Assembly: GCA_964016885.1 (NCBI GenBank)
Contig: OZ024740.1
Location: forward strand, 162,812,001 to 162,876,000
Reading direction: 5' to 3'
DNA: 64,000 bases
DNA from: Eledone cirrhosa
Lineage: Eukaryota
In this document: in pieces, positions 27,188 to 38,639 of the stretch
Position numbering within the stretch: the stretch's first letter is position 1
Layout: each line of letters opens with the position of its first letter
Position numbers and translations under genes: made by a program
Notes under the pieces: generated by a model
The model's input: the letters and a program-made list of their open reading frames with translations, nothing else
Database searches by the model: none
What the model was told of the DNA's origin: nothing

Positions 27188-27872
27188 CTAGCAGAAAACC
27201 ACCCACCGGGTGGTTTTCTGCTAGTATATATAAATATTTCTGTGTGTGTATATATATTACACACACGCAGAAATGTATATATGTTTCTGTAGCACTCCTC
27301 AATTCCCCCCCTCATTCTCCCTCCCGCTATCCCCCTTTTGTAGTCTGTCGCTTTCTTTCACTCTCACTCTCTCTCTCTCTATGCGTGCGCAAAAAACATT
27401 TGCACGCGTGCACGTGTTTTAGTGTCTATTCACTCTCTCTCTCTCCCTCTCTCCCTCCCGCTATCCCCCTCTCGTAGTCTGTCTCTTTCTTTCACTCTCA
27501 CTCCCTCTCTACGCGTGCGCAAAAAACATTCGCACGCGCGCACGTGTTTCCACTGTCGGACAGACAGGCAGAGAAATTGCTGGTTATATATTATAAGGAG
27601 ATTCGACTTCTAATAATACAAGGGAAATAACTCTGAATGCGATTTAGACGTAACGCTTCAAAAAACCCCTAAAAAGCTGAAAATACGCAGTTTTTCACCT
27701 GATGCAGGCCCTAGGTGATCAAAAAGTTGAATTTTTTATGTGCATAACACTCTCTGAAACATAAGTAATACACATGTAAAGTTTGAAAAAAAATCAGTTG
27801 GGTACTTCTCGAGTTTTAATGATTCAAACTCACAGACACACAGAGAGACATCCTCAGTTTTATATATATAGA
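27188..27872 (-). mobile_element. Non-autonomous Helitron 2 (same 5' module as Helitron 1, different 3' end)
   Basis: Minus-strand 5' A|TCTATATATATAAAACTGAGG. About 225 bp shared with 26967-27186. The 3' end is a palindrome ending in CTAG. Confidence 0.75.
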
Positions 27873-28167
27873 TAGTAAAATAAAAAATATATATTTATTC
27901 ATACATAGTATATATTATTATCATTTATTATATATAAATTAACGATTTTATTTATATATTATTTACAGTTTACATGTAGGCAGGTCTCTCTGGAAATAGG
28001 AGTGGGGTGCTGAGGGTATTACATGGCCGTGAGGGGGGGGGGGGGAGTTTGAGAGCCTTTGTTGTATGGGATTCATCTGACTATCTCCTCCTCCTGTTAA
28101 AATTTATTTTCTGCCTTCTTAAATGAATTTGTTGTTTATCACCATTGATTGATTATTTCTCTTTCAG

Positions 28168-28325
28168 AATCAAGGAAAACAGCAAGGTGGCTTTACTCTT
28201 TCAAATGTCAAAACCAAATTATTTGGTGGTGATACACCCGAGCAAAGAGACCAGAAAGTTAAAGTCCTTGAACAGCAAATTCAGGATTCTGAAGTTGAAC
28301 TAAAAGTTGTTACAGCTGATACTCA
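28168..28325 (+). CDS. SNX4: SNX4 exon (NQGKQQGGFTLSNVKTKLFGGDTPEQRDQKVKVLEQQIQDSEVELKVVTADT(Q))
   Basis: ctttcag| ... |gtgagt. Matches 'TKLFGQETPEQREARIKVLEEQI'. Confidence 0.95.
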
Positions 28326-28776
28326 GTGAGTATTTATATTCCATATATAGAAGATAGATATCTTAGATTGAGGTACTATACTGAAATATTTGAAATGGTT
28401 TTGTGTGTTAACCCTTTCATTACCATATTTCTACCTATAATTTTTGAATAATTCTGAAAACAATAAAAAGAATTTGGAGGAATTTAGTAACATAGCTAAC
28501 TTCCATATTATTAAACTGAAGTTCGGAATAATTTAACAAAGGTTCTTACAGAGAATTATGATGGAACATTTTTAGATATATATAAACATTCTAAAATAAA
28601 CAGTTTTGTATCATAAAACCAAGCAGTTTATCAAAATTATTATTAACAACATGCTTATATATATATATATATATCCAAAATTAAATTAAATTAAATTAAT
28701 GGAGTCATGTCCAAGACATGCGCCATATCCACTGTAGAATAAGCTCAAAGATTCCAATGAATAGATCCGAGCATTT

Positions 28777-29004
28777 TATATCAACTAGAAATTGATTGAC
28801 ATATATAAATATATATTTAAAATAAACACATGAAACAATCACAGGGGATAATTTGTAAAGTGTGTAAGCACACACAGCTAGGTAGGTAATTAATTAAAGT
28901 TTAACTAGAACTTCAAATATTACCTTTTAAAAATTATCCCCTGTGATTGTTTCATGTGTTTATTTTAAATATATATATATGTCAATCAATTTCTAGTTGA
29001 TATA
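28777..29004. repeat. Inverted repeat (about 75-bp arms, about 76-bp spacer) embedded in (TA)n
   Basis: tcaactagaaattgattgac...cacaggggataattt followed by its near-perfect reverse complement at 28931-29004. Confidence 0.85.
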
Positions 29005-29020
29005 TATATATATATATATA

Positions 29021-30950
29021 CACCCGGATAGTAAACCAAGTCATACAGAATGGAGTTGTTCCGAAGGACTGGCGCAGCAGCATCATCGTTAACTGCTACA
29101 AGGGTAAAGGAGATGCCCTAGATAGGGGAAACTATAGAGGCATTAAATTAATAGACCAGGTCATGAAGGTCACAGAAAAAGTAATAGCGCAACTAATCAG
29201 AGAGCGAATTGATCTAGATGAAATGCAGTTCAGGTTTGTGTCAGGTAAAAGTACAACATACGCTCTTTTCATTGTACGACAACTACAGAAGTACCTAGCT
29301 AAAAGTAAACCCCTATACTTAGCTTTTGTTGACTTGGAGAAAACCTTTGACAGAGTACCCCGCTCGATTATCTGGTGGGCCCTTAGAAAACTAGGTGTTG
29401 ATGAATGGCTTGTGAGAGCTATACAAGCCATGTATAAAGAAACAGTCAGCAAGGTTAGAATTTACAACGAATATAGTGAAGAGTTTAGCGTAAAAGTTGG
29501 TGTTCATCAGGGCTCCGTCCTTAGCCCCCTACTATTTATTATTGCCATTCAGGCTATAACAGAGGAGTTCAAGACCGGCTGCCCATGGGAACTTCTATAC
29601 GCAGATGATCTAACGCTCATAGCTGAATCAATGGCTGAACTAGAGAAGAAATTCCAAACATGGAAGCATGGCCTAGAATCAAAAGGCCTTAAAATTAACC
29701 TGTCTAAGACTAAAGTTCTAGTTTGTAAGGAAGGAAAATAGGGCACTGGCCCCATCTGGGAAATGGCCATGCTCAGTGTGTAGGAAAGGAGTAGTCAGAA
29801 ACTACATTTTATGTCCCAAATGCAAAGTATGGGTGCATAAAAGATGTAGTGGGATCACAGGTAAGCTAACTAAGAATATAGATTTTATATGTGGCCAGTG
29901 CTCAGGTGCAATAAGTAGCAGCAAGTGTCCACAGAATACTAGCTCATTCCATTGCACAGATGGTTCTATAGAAATAGTGGACACCTTCCGTTACCTGGGT
30001 GACAAAATCAGCAGTGGTGGAGGGTGCTCTGAAAGTACAGTAGCTAGAGTCAGAACGGGATGGAAAAAGTTCAGAGAGCTTATACCACTATTGGCCGCTA
30101 AAGGGTTCTCTCTAAAAATGAAAGGCAGGCTGTATGATGCCTGCATACGAACAGCAATGTTACATGGCAGTGAGACTTGGGCATTGTGTGCAGAGGATAT
30201 ACGCAGACTGGAGAGGAACGAAGCTTGCATGCTCCGTTGGATGTGTAATAGTAATATACGTGAACGGCAAAGCATAAATGAACTAAGGGAGAAATTAGGA
30301 ATAAGAGGAATCAGATGTTGTTTACTCGAGAGAAGACTATGTTGGTATGGCCACGTGATGCGGATGAAAGACGACAGCTGTATAAAAAAGTGCAGGGCGA
30401 TAAAAATAGACGGTAGCCACGGAGTAGGAAAACCCAGAAAAACCTGGGACGACTTGATAAATTCCGACCTCACACACTTACACCTCTCCAAGACAATGTC
30501 ACTGGACCGAGATCTTTGGCGCTATACAGTAATACAGAAGACCCGCCTTGCCTAAGTACAAAGCGAAACCTACAGTCAGTAGGCACCTCTAACAAAAATA
30601 CACCCCCGTCCCACCACCCCACCCCATCTACACCACCCCTTTCGATGTAATGTTATGTTGGTACCACAACATCCAGTCCGAAATAAATGAGAGGTTGTGT
30701 AGGTGTCACGAAAAAAAAAAGACACAGTCCACGCTGTAATGTGGCCGTGTAGGTAACACGGTAAAAACCTCCCAGTCCACACTGTAAACGTGGTTGGTGT
30801 TAAGAAGGACATCCAGCCATAGAAAACCCGCCAGCCAGTCCTATACGAGCAAGACAACCAATCTTGCCTCAAGTGGGAAAACTCCCGTCCAAACCCATGC
30901 AAGCGTGGAAGATGGACGTTAAACGATGATGCTGATGATGATGATGATAA
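29021..30950 (+). mobile_element. 5'-truncated RTE LINE (RT to 3' end, frameshifted)
   Basis: ORFs 29163-29741 and 29776-30555 contain LYADD, a PHD-like finger and the RTE C-terminus. 3' UTR and (GAT)n tail present. Highly similar to the copy at 47675. Confidence 0.92.
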
Positions 30951-30969
30951 TATATATATATATATATAT

Positions 30970-31852
30970 GAGAGAGTGAACCTAGCTAAGACAAAAGTGT
31001 TGATGAGTAGAAAAGAGGACAAAACTCTGATTCCATCAGGGAAATAGCCATGTTCGATATGCAGAAAAGGAACTGGCATAAATTCTATAAAATGCACACA
31101 ATGCAGACCCTGGGTACACAAGCGATGTAGTGGGATAGCAGGCAAACTAACAGGTAGGGAGAAATTTGTATGCAGTAAATGTACAGGGAAATTAGACAGT
31201 AGAAGTTGCATTGATAGACACATTTTTCAAATGCAGGTGAGTGCTATAGAAGTGGTTGATAGCTTCCGGTACCTAGGAGATCAGATTAGCATGGGGGGGG
31301 GGGGGGTCCGAGGCCATAGTATCTAGAATAAGGACAGGTTGGAAGAAGTTTAGGGAGCTGCTTCCTCTGCTGACGAAGAAGGATTTCTCCCTGCGTACAA
31401 AAGGCCGGTTATATGATGCCTGTGTGATGAGCGCGATGCTGCATGGTAGTGAGACTTGGGCAGCAACTGCAGAGGATATGTGACGGCTGGAGAGAAATGA
31501 GGCAAGCATGCTCCGTTGGCTGTGCAATGTCAATGTGTGTGAACGACCCAGCATGGATGTGTTGAGAGAGAAACTGTGTCTGAGAGGGATAAAATGTAGT
31601 GTGCAAGAGAGGAGACTGCGGTGGTATGGACATGTGATGCACATGGAAGATGATCAATGGGTGAAGAAGTGCCAGGAAATACCAGTTGAAGGAAGACGTG
31701 GTAGAGGTAGACCACGAAAAACATGGGCAGAGGTGGTGAGAACAGACCTCAGATCGCTGAAGTTCACGGCGAAGGACCGTGACAAGTGGAGAGATGCTGT
31801 GCTGAATAAGACCCGTCCCACCCGGAAAAGCGGACGTAAAATGATGATGATG
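30970..31852 (+). mobile_element. Second truncated RTE LINE (different subfamily, very short 3' UTR)
   Basis: 'MLRWLCNV..ERRLRWYGHV..GRGRPRKTW'. Ends cggacgtaaaa(tga)n. Confidence 0.85.
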
Positions 31853-32780
31853 TTGCCATCTTTGAACCCCACAATCTCCGCCTGAGCTATTGGAAACTTT
31901 TGCAAAGGATCACAAACAAGAAACTTGGAGAAATCAACAGATCTTTTAAATGTGTTTCAAACTAAGTCTTCAGAATTATTGCCCAACTTCTGGCCTAATT
32001 ATGATCCTACCTTTACTAATTTAATAAAGCCTGATCATTTAACTAATCATTAACAGGTGGTGAAGAGAAAAACTTCCCAGATTTGCATTTGCAAAAATTT
32101 ATATAAATATATATTTCTGTCTGTGAGAAAGAAATTAATCATTCCCTAATGTTTTGTATGATTATGATCCTGCATTAGTTAAGTTGACAGTTGAACTAAT
32201 CATTACTTAACTATAACTAACAAATGTCAGAAAAATTTCCGGATTTACAAGTATGTGTATGTGTGTGTGTGTGTGTGTATAGTTTATTTTGGCTGATCCA
32301 GAATAACAGGCTACTGGATTAGCCTAAATAATCTATTATACTTAAAATAGTATTAAGTATATTTCTTGTGTTCTGTAGAACCAACAGATGAACATGTGCG
32401 TTTGCATGTGCATTGGTGCATGTACATATGTTTGTTTCTATGGTGAGAGAAAAATTGTATTCCAAGATAATCTCCCAAACATTACCAAGATGAAACTGGT
32501 TTCAATTACTGCTGTGGTGTAAAATCTTTTGCATCATTTATGTTTCTAATACCATTGGAAAACCTATGTATGCCACAACTTCTATTCATAGACATTCACA
32601 CTTCTGAGTGGCCTCCTTCCATTCTCTTGTTTCTTAAATATATATATATGAATGTATGTGAGTGTGAATGTGCATGTATGTTACCTGCGTAATTGTATCC
32701 TCTGTTGAAATGCTGGTGGTGTCTAGGAGATTGAGATTTTGGTTTTGCTATCCTGTTTTTTTATCATTATTAGAGCCCAT

Positions 32781-33085
32781 CCCGCCGAGGTTAACTTTGC
32801 CTTTCATCCTTACGGGGTCGATAAAATAAAGTACCAGTAATGTACTGGGTAATTACTGGCCTTGTGCCAAAAGTAGAAACAATTATTAGAGCCCATGGCG
32901 GTGGATTGGCAGTATCGGTAGAGGGTCGGACGCCATGCTTTCCAGCATAGTTACGTCCCTTTATGGTCTGAGTTCAAATCCCGCTGAGGTTGACTTTGCC
33001 TTTCATCCTTACGGGGTCGATAAATAAAGTACCAGTAATGCACTGGGTAATTGCTGGCCTTGTGCCTAAAGTAGAAACAATTATT
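32781..33085 (+). mobile_element. Two tandem family-B SINEs (truncated + full)
   Basis: Both carry the core and the gtagaaacaattatt tail. They are separated and flanked by the repeated target attattagagcccat. Confidence 0.85.
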
Positions 33086-33219
33086 AGAACCCATGACAGG
33101 GGTCACTGTATCTTTAATTTTAAAAGGGGAAAGGACGATGAAAGATCGTTATGAACGATCAGGGGGCAGGGGGGTTCAACAGCTACTCTTTATGTATATG
33201 TGTGAGTGTGCATTTCTCT

Positions 33220-33290
<71 letters not shown>

Positions 33291-33293
<3 letters not shown>

Positions 33294-33681
33294 GAGGCAC
33301 ATGGCTTAATGGTTAGAGCATTGGGCTTCCAATCGAAAGGTTGTGAGTTCAATTCTCGGACCGGGTGATGTGTTGTTTCCTTGAGCAAGACACTTTATTT
33401 CACATTGTTCCAGTTTACTCAGCTGTATAAATGAGATGATAGGACTGGGGTCCCTATCATTCCACTGCAAAGTGAACGTGTAGGCGCCATGGAAAAAAAA
33501 GCACCCAGCACTCACTGTAAATGAGGTTGGTGTTATGAAGGGCATCCAGCTGTAGAAATCAAGCCAGAATCAGTTCCCGTATGAGCAAGACAAGGTCAGC
33601 CGACCGGGCACTGCCCACAACAGGACAACCCGTCTAACCCATGCTAGCATGGAAGAACGGACGTAAAACGGTGATGATGAT
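33291..33681 (+). mobile_element. Full-length CORE-SINE with RTE 3' tail
   Basis: tRNA-like head (tggcttaatggttagagc, gagttcaattctc), CORE-like body, tail matching the RTE 3' UTR, (GAT)n. Confidence 0.85.
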
Positions 33682-34216
33682 ATATATATATATATATTTC
33701 ATGTTTCACCTTCACATTTAAATCATGCTCTGGGTTATTTTGCTTCTTCTAATCACCCTCTCAGTTATGTCACATTGAAAGAACAGAGACTGCTTAGAAT
33801 GGGGATATCTCTTTAGCTTTGCCATAGACAAGGCAACATCCAAGTACACTCTGTATGATGATTGCCAATCAAACAGGGACAGCATAAGATAGAGAGGACT
33901 TTTTAGTCATATTGAGGACATGATGAGCTGTTTAATGCTGGTGCCACAATAAGTCACACCCAGTATATTCTGTAAAGTGGTTAATGTTAGGAATTACATC
34001 CATCCCTAGAAACCATGCCAAAAATGGAATGTATTGAGCCAGATGTAGTCCCCTGACCCAGATAAGAGAACAGTCGGTTTGATTACATATAGTCTATAAC
34101 AACCTGTGCAACCCATGTCACATAGGAAATGGACATAAGATTATGATGGTAATGATGTTATACACAGATTGAATTTACATTTCTAGATTAAATTTAAAAC
34201 ATTCTGTCTGTTGTAG

Positions 34217-34331
34217 AGTTTTCATGGAGCAAGCACTTAAAGATATTGACAGATTTAAGAGGCAAAAGGTGAAAGACTTAAAGGAAATATTCACAAATTA
34301 TGCTATTATGCAAATAAAGCAATCAAAAAAG
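34217..34331 (+). CDS. SNX4: SNX4 exon (VFMEQALKDIDRFKRQKVKDLKEIFTNYAIMQIKQSKK)
   Basis: ttgtag| ... |gtcagt. Contains the BAR C-terminal DIxRFK..K..DLKE motif. Confidence 0.95.
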
Positions 34332-34416
34332 GTCAGTAAAATTACCTGTTCTCATATTTCAATGTCCCATTTTACAATTCCCATAGTAAAGTTTTATTTT
34401 CTTACTTTGTTTACAG

Positions 34417-34464
34417 GGTATTGCAATTTGGACCAGTGCAAAAGATTGCTATGCCAAGATGTAA
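34417..34464 (+). CDS. SNX4: SNX4 last coding exon (GIAIWTSAKDCYAKM*)
   Basis: ttacag| then 15 codons and TAA. Matches the recalled SNX4 C-terminus 'GIQVWTNAKECFSKM'. Confidence 0.95.
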   Translation, partial: GIAIWTSAKDCYAKM

Positions 34465-37400
34465 TAACCAAAGCAAAACGAGCAGTAGTCCTTGATTTAA
34501 AAAAAAAAAGGTTACCAACCTCTGCAGCACATATCATATAGTCAGGACAGTCTCTACCGAATGAGGATGCTTTTCATCAAAAATTCTTTGTAAGAAACTG
34601 TTGTATTTTAAAAAATGGACAGTGATGAAAATATTCAAATACTCCTTCCACAAATCATTACCTAGTTGTTTTATTATTATTACCAGGGTGGTGGATGTGC
34701 AGAGTTGTTAGAGAACTGGACAAAATGCTTTTCTGTACTTGTTCTGTCTCTTTACATTCTGTGTTGGAACTCTGCTAAGGTCAACTTTGCCTTTCATCCT
34801 TCTGAGGTTGATAAAATAAAGTACTAGTCAAGTACTGGGGTTGATATAATCAATTTTCCCCTTCCTGCAAAATTGCTGGCCTTGTGCCTTTATTATTAAT
34901 GTTATTATTATTTAAACTGAGCTGATGGTAAGTTTGGTGACTGTTGCTTCTGGTGAAGCTGTGAAGAAACTCAATTTTTTTTTTCTACTGTTTATTTAAT
35001 TAGATTTGTTTGTTTATTTATTATTTATTAATTCTGTTAAATTCATATTTGCTGGATGGTTAACCCTTTTAGCACTATGGCACAAAAACTATAGGTTAAT
35101 TATCAAAGACAATAGAATGAATATTACATATCTTGCCCCTGTAGTGTTTTTGACTATGTTATCAAGATTGATGTATCAGTCTTGCAGTGCTATTAGAGTT
35201 AACCTATAATTGAACAAAATGAAATTTGTAAAATATAGACATGTATTTATTAATTAGTTTAAACAGTTTGTATGTGAGCCTTTTATCCTGCTCTGATGTT
35301 GCCTTACATTCCAATGGTTTTTGTATAATCCTGCTTTCAGTTGGCTTGTTTTTTTTACCTTTTGGTTAATTATACATTCCATTAATGTGTAGTTAGCCTT
35401 TAGCTTTATGTATATACATCCATATGTAAGTATGTACATACATACATATGTTTGTATGTATAAACATGTTGCTTTGGTGGATTGATAGAATTGTTTGAGC
35501 ATCGGACAAAATACTTTGCGGTATTTGTTATGGCTCTTTGCATTCTGAATTCATATCTTACCAAGGTCAACTTTCCTTTTCATCCTGGGGGCTGATAAAA
35601 TAAAATACCCATAAAGTACTGAGTTTGATATAATTAACTCTTCCCTCTTAAATGTTTGGCCTTGTACCTTTGTAAAAAATGATTATTATTTCTTCTGTAA
35701 GTAAATTTCTTCTACAGTTATGAAGCCACAGCATTTCATATTGTCATTTGATAAGGCAAGGATTTTTTTTCTTTTAATAGGTATTCTTTACCTATTCTGA
35801 TCATGTTTACAATAAATGAGAGTGGCATGACTGCCTTACTAAATAATCTTGGTTATTAACATACAAATACACCCATCTAACACTGTAAACTTTTATAATG
35901 ACCTAACTGGGTTTTATCCTGTTATAGGACTCAACTTTATTGTTCTTTGATAGATTATACAATATGTATATGCAGAATACATGTTTATGTCGCACTTAGC
36001 TGAAATTAGCAAAGGCTGTACAATTCTTACTTCAACATAATTTATGCAAATGTCTAAACTTTGCTGTACTAACCAATCCTTTGCTCATATAGATATACAT
36101 CTTCTACCAACAACAACAAAGAAATTATTAAAGTCTGTATTTAAATATAATTTCTACTAATAGAATATACTTAATATTTTACCGTCACTATTTGTTGTGC
36201 CAACCAACTCTTTTAGGTCTTGAAAATAATGCCATGAAAACTCTGCAATGAAGTGTTTTCCTTGAATTGTCAGAATCATTAGAACATACGACTTAATGCC
36301 CTGCAGTATTTTTTCAGCTTTTTACATTCTGAATTCAAATTCTGTTGAGGTTGAGGTCAATTTTGATTTAGATCCTTCTAAAATCAATAAGATAAAGTAC
36401 CAATCAATTACTGGTATTGATTTAATCTACTAATTCCTCCCCCAAAATTTCTGATCTCGTGCCAATGTTAGAAATATTTATTACAGTTATTTCTTTAATA
36501 TTTACTGTAAATCTAGAGTTATAAAAATCTTATTTCTTTATTTGCAATTTTCCCAGTATTATAAACATTTTCTGATTGCTGTATCATTGCTTCATTTTAT
36601 CTTTCTAACAGCTACTTCAAGTGCTCTTCAAAAAAAATTATTGTCGTCATATTTTCAGAGATAAACTATTGAATCCAAAATCAAGGAGTAAACCACATGT
36701 AATTTAACTAAAGATTGTAATTTTTATTTATTCTTTTCTAAAATATTTAAATATTTAAAAACAAAAAAAAAAGCTTTCCATTTCCAAACTATTTTTGGTT
36801 TACCAGTTTTTATTATATAAAGAGATATGCAGTTTCTCTTTTTTTCGCCTCTTTTTCGCTCCTTCCTTTGTATCTCTTCCTTACATGTCATGGTTGATTT
36901 TGGGAGCAGTATCCAGCTGTAAAAAAATCTTCATGTTTTACTATTGATATGATGAGGGTCCACTTATCAAAATATCAACAATAAAATTAAAATAATCATA
37001 TGTTTTGTATATTTAGAAGTAATTAAAAGCCAGATTGCAAAAATAACTAGTCAAAATGAAGATTTTGTTTATCCTCCCTCTGAGTTAAAAGTATCTAAAT
37101 TTTTCTGGCATTAAATATACTTTATCACTCTATTGTCAACACCATTGTGTAATTGTACCTGATGATGTACTACGAACTGACCGATTTGAATCAGGTATAG
37201 AACTTACCATAAATTGTAAGTTCTATACCTGTCATAAATTGTAACATACAAATTGACTTTGTTGACCTTATAAAATCTCTCTAAAACTAAAATGGTGGGG
37301 ACAGGATGCAAATCTTTACCATCTAGTGGTAAATAAATGGAGCAGAAATCCTAACAATCGATGTGTACCCATACTGTAACTCCAACAAGTTACCATAAAA

Positions 37401-38590
37401 ATTTCCAATTAAAATTTGAGTTTAGTGAACTTATTTAATATATTTAACAAGTATATGATAATATGAGATAATTTTATAAAAGAAACTCTAAGACTGTCAT
37501 CAATGAGTACAGTTTACTTAAGTATTTTGTAAATGTACTAACATGTTTTACAGTATACAATATATATATATTATAGTTTTCAGTCATCAGTCAATGGCTA
37601 TCAATAAAAACAACTTTTGTAGACCCTTGGGGATCAACCTATTGTAGATATAGGCCTAACACAGAATGTTCACCTAAATATGTCAAGGCAACTTGTATGC
37701 TGCAATTTACAGTATGTTTTCTGGTGGATTAAATCAGTCCCTTCAATGATTATGCATGATGTTGTTGTATTCTAAAGTGGAATTAATGGACCTGCATATT
37801 TTCCATACTTATTGGAAAAAGTTAAGCCATCAACTATTGATCTTTTAATTGTGTCATTTTTTCTCTTGCAATGAAAACTAGAAACTGACTAAAATCTAAT
37901 GAAGTATTAGAATATAAATCTCAAGTCCCCCAAATCAATTAGCAGACTTTTGATACAATATCTATTGTTTCAATGTTTCAGTCTGTGATGTATTTGTAAT
38001 GCTTTACAGAATATCTTCTCTTTTACCAACAACAGCAATGCAATATTAGTGTTTCTAATTATCTCAATAAACATTCTATAAATCAATGTTTGCCACTCAG
38101 ATGATGATAACAAATAGTTATACATCTGTATTAAAATCAGCTACTTTACTCACAATAACCTGTACAGGTTCCTTGGTCTGTCACATTTATCACTAACGAT
38201 AAAGTTCGCTATAAAATGAACTTTAATAGTATTTAAGCTGAATATAGAACAGACACAAATTTACAAAGACTTGTCATCTGTTATTAAAAAACAAAATTGT
38301 TATATTATACTTGGTTGTGAGAATCACCTACCTATATTTATATTATTTTCTTTCTGATAATTCTAAATTTACAGAACTATGGAAGAAATGTAGGTAAATG
38401 TGAGCATCTATGCACATAAGTAGTGTGTGTGTTTATGCACATGTTTCTATGTTTCTGCACATATATATTTGTGTGCTTATGCCTTTAGAATTTGTGACTG
38501 ACAGGATACAAAGGTAATAACGAAGATATTTGATCTCAAAAAAATCAACAAAACTCTTTGTTATGCTTCAATAAATGTTATTTGTCAGCT
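34465..38590 (+). other. Possible long SNX4 3' UTR
   Basis: AT-rich sequence after the stop, with AATAAA near 38066 and 38570 followed by a T/GT-rich tract. The end is inferred only. Confidence 0.35.
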
Positions 38591-38639
38591 ATTTTCTTTG
38601 TATTTGTTATTATTAATGATATTGTTTATTATTATTATT

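Larger units (their letters stand above)
26444..28061. mobile_element. hAT-like MITE hosting nested Helitrons
   Basis: Degenerate TIRs CAGAGGTTCTCAAAGT ... AGTTTGAGAGCCTTTG. The 8-bp flanks match only partly. Confidence 0.5.

Noticed and set aside
33291-33365. tRNA-like sequences (also about 14552, 39535 and family-B heads)
   Set aside because: These are SINE heads continuing into core and tail sequence, and no intact cloverleaf is evident.
37160-37180. C/D-box snoRNA-like TGATGA...CTGA
   Set aside because: The boxes are too close, there is no terminal box D with stem, and it is not intronic.
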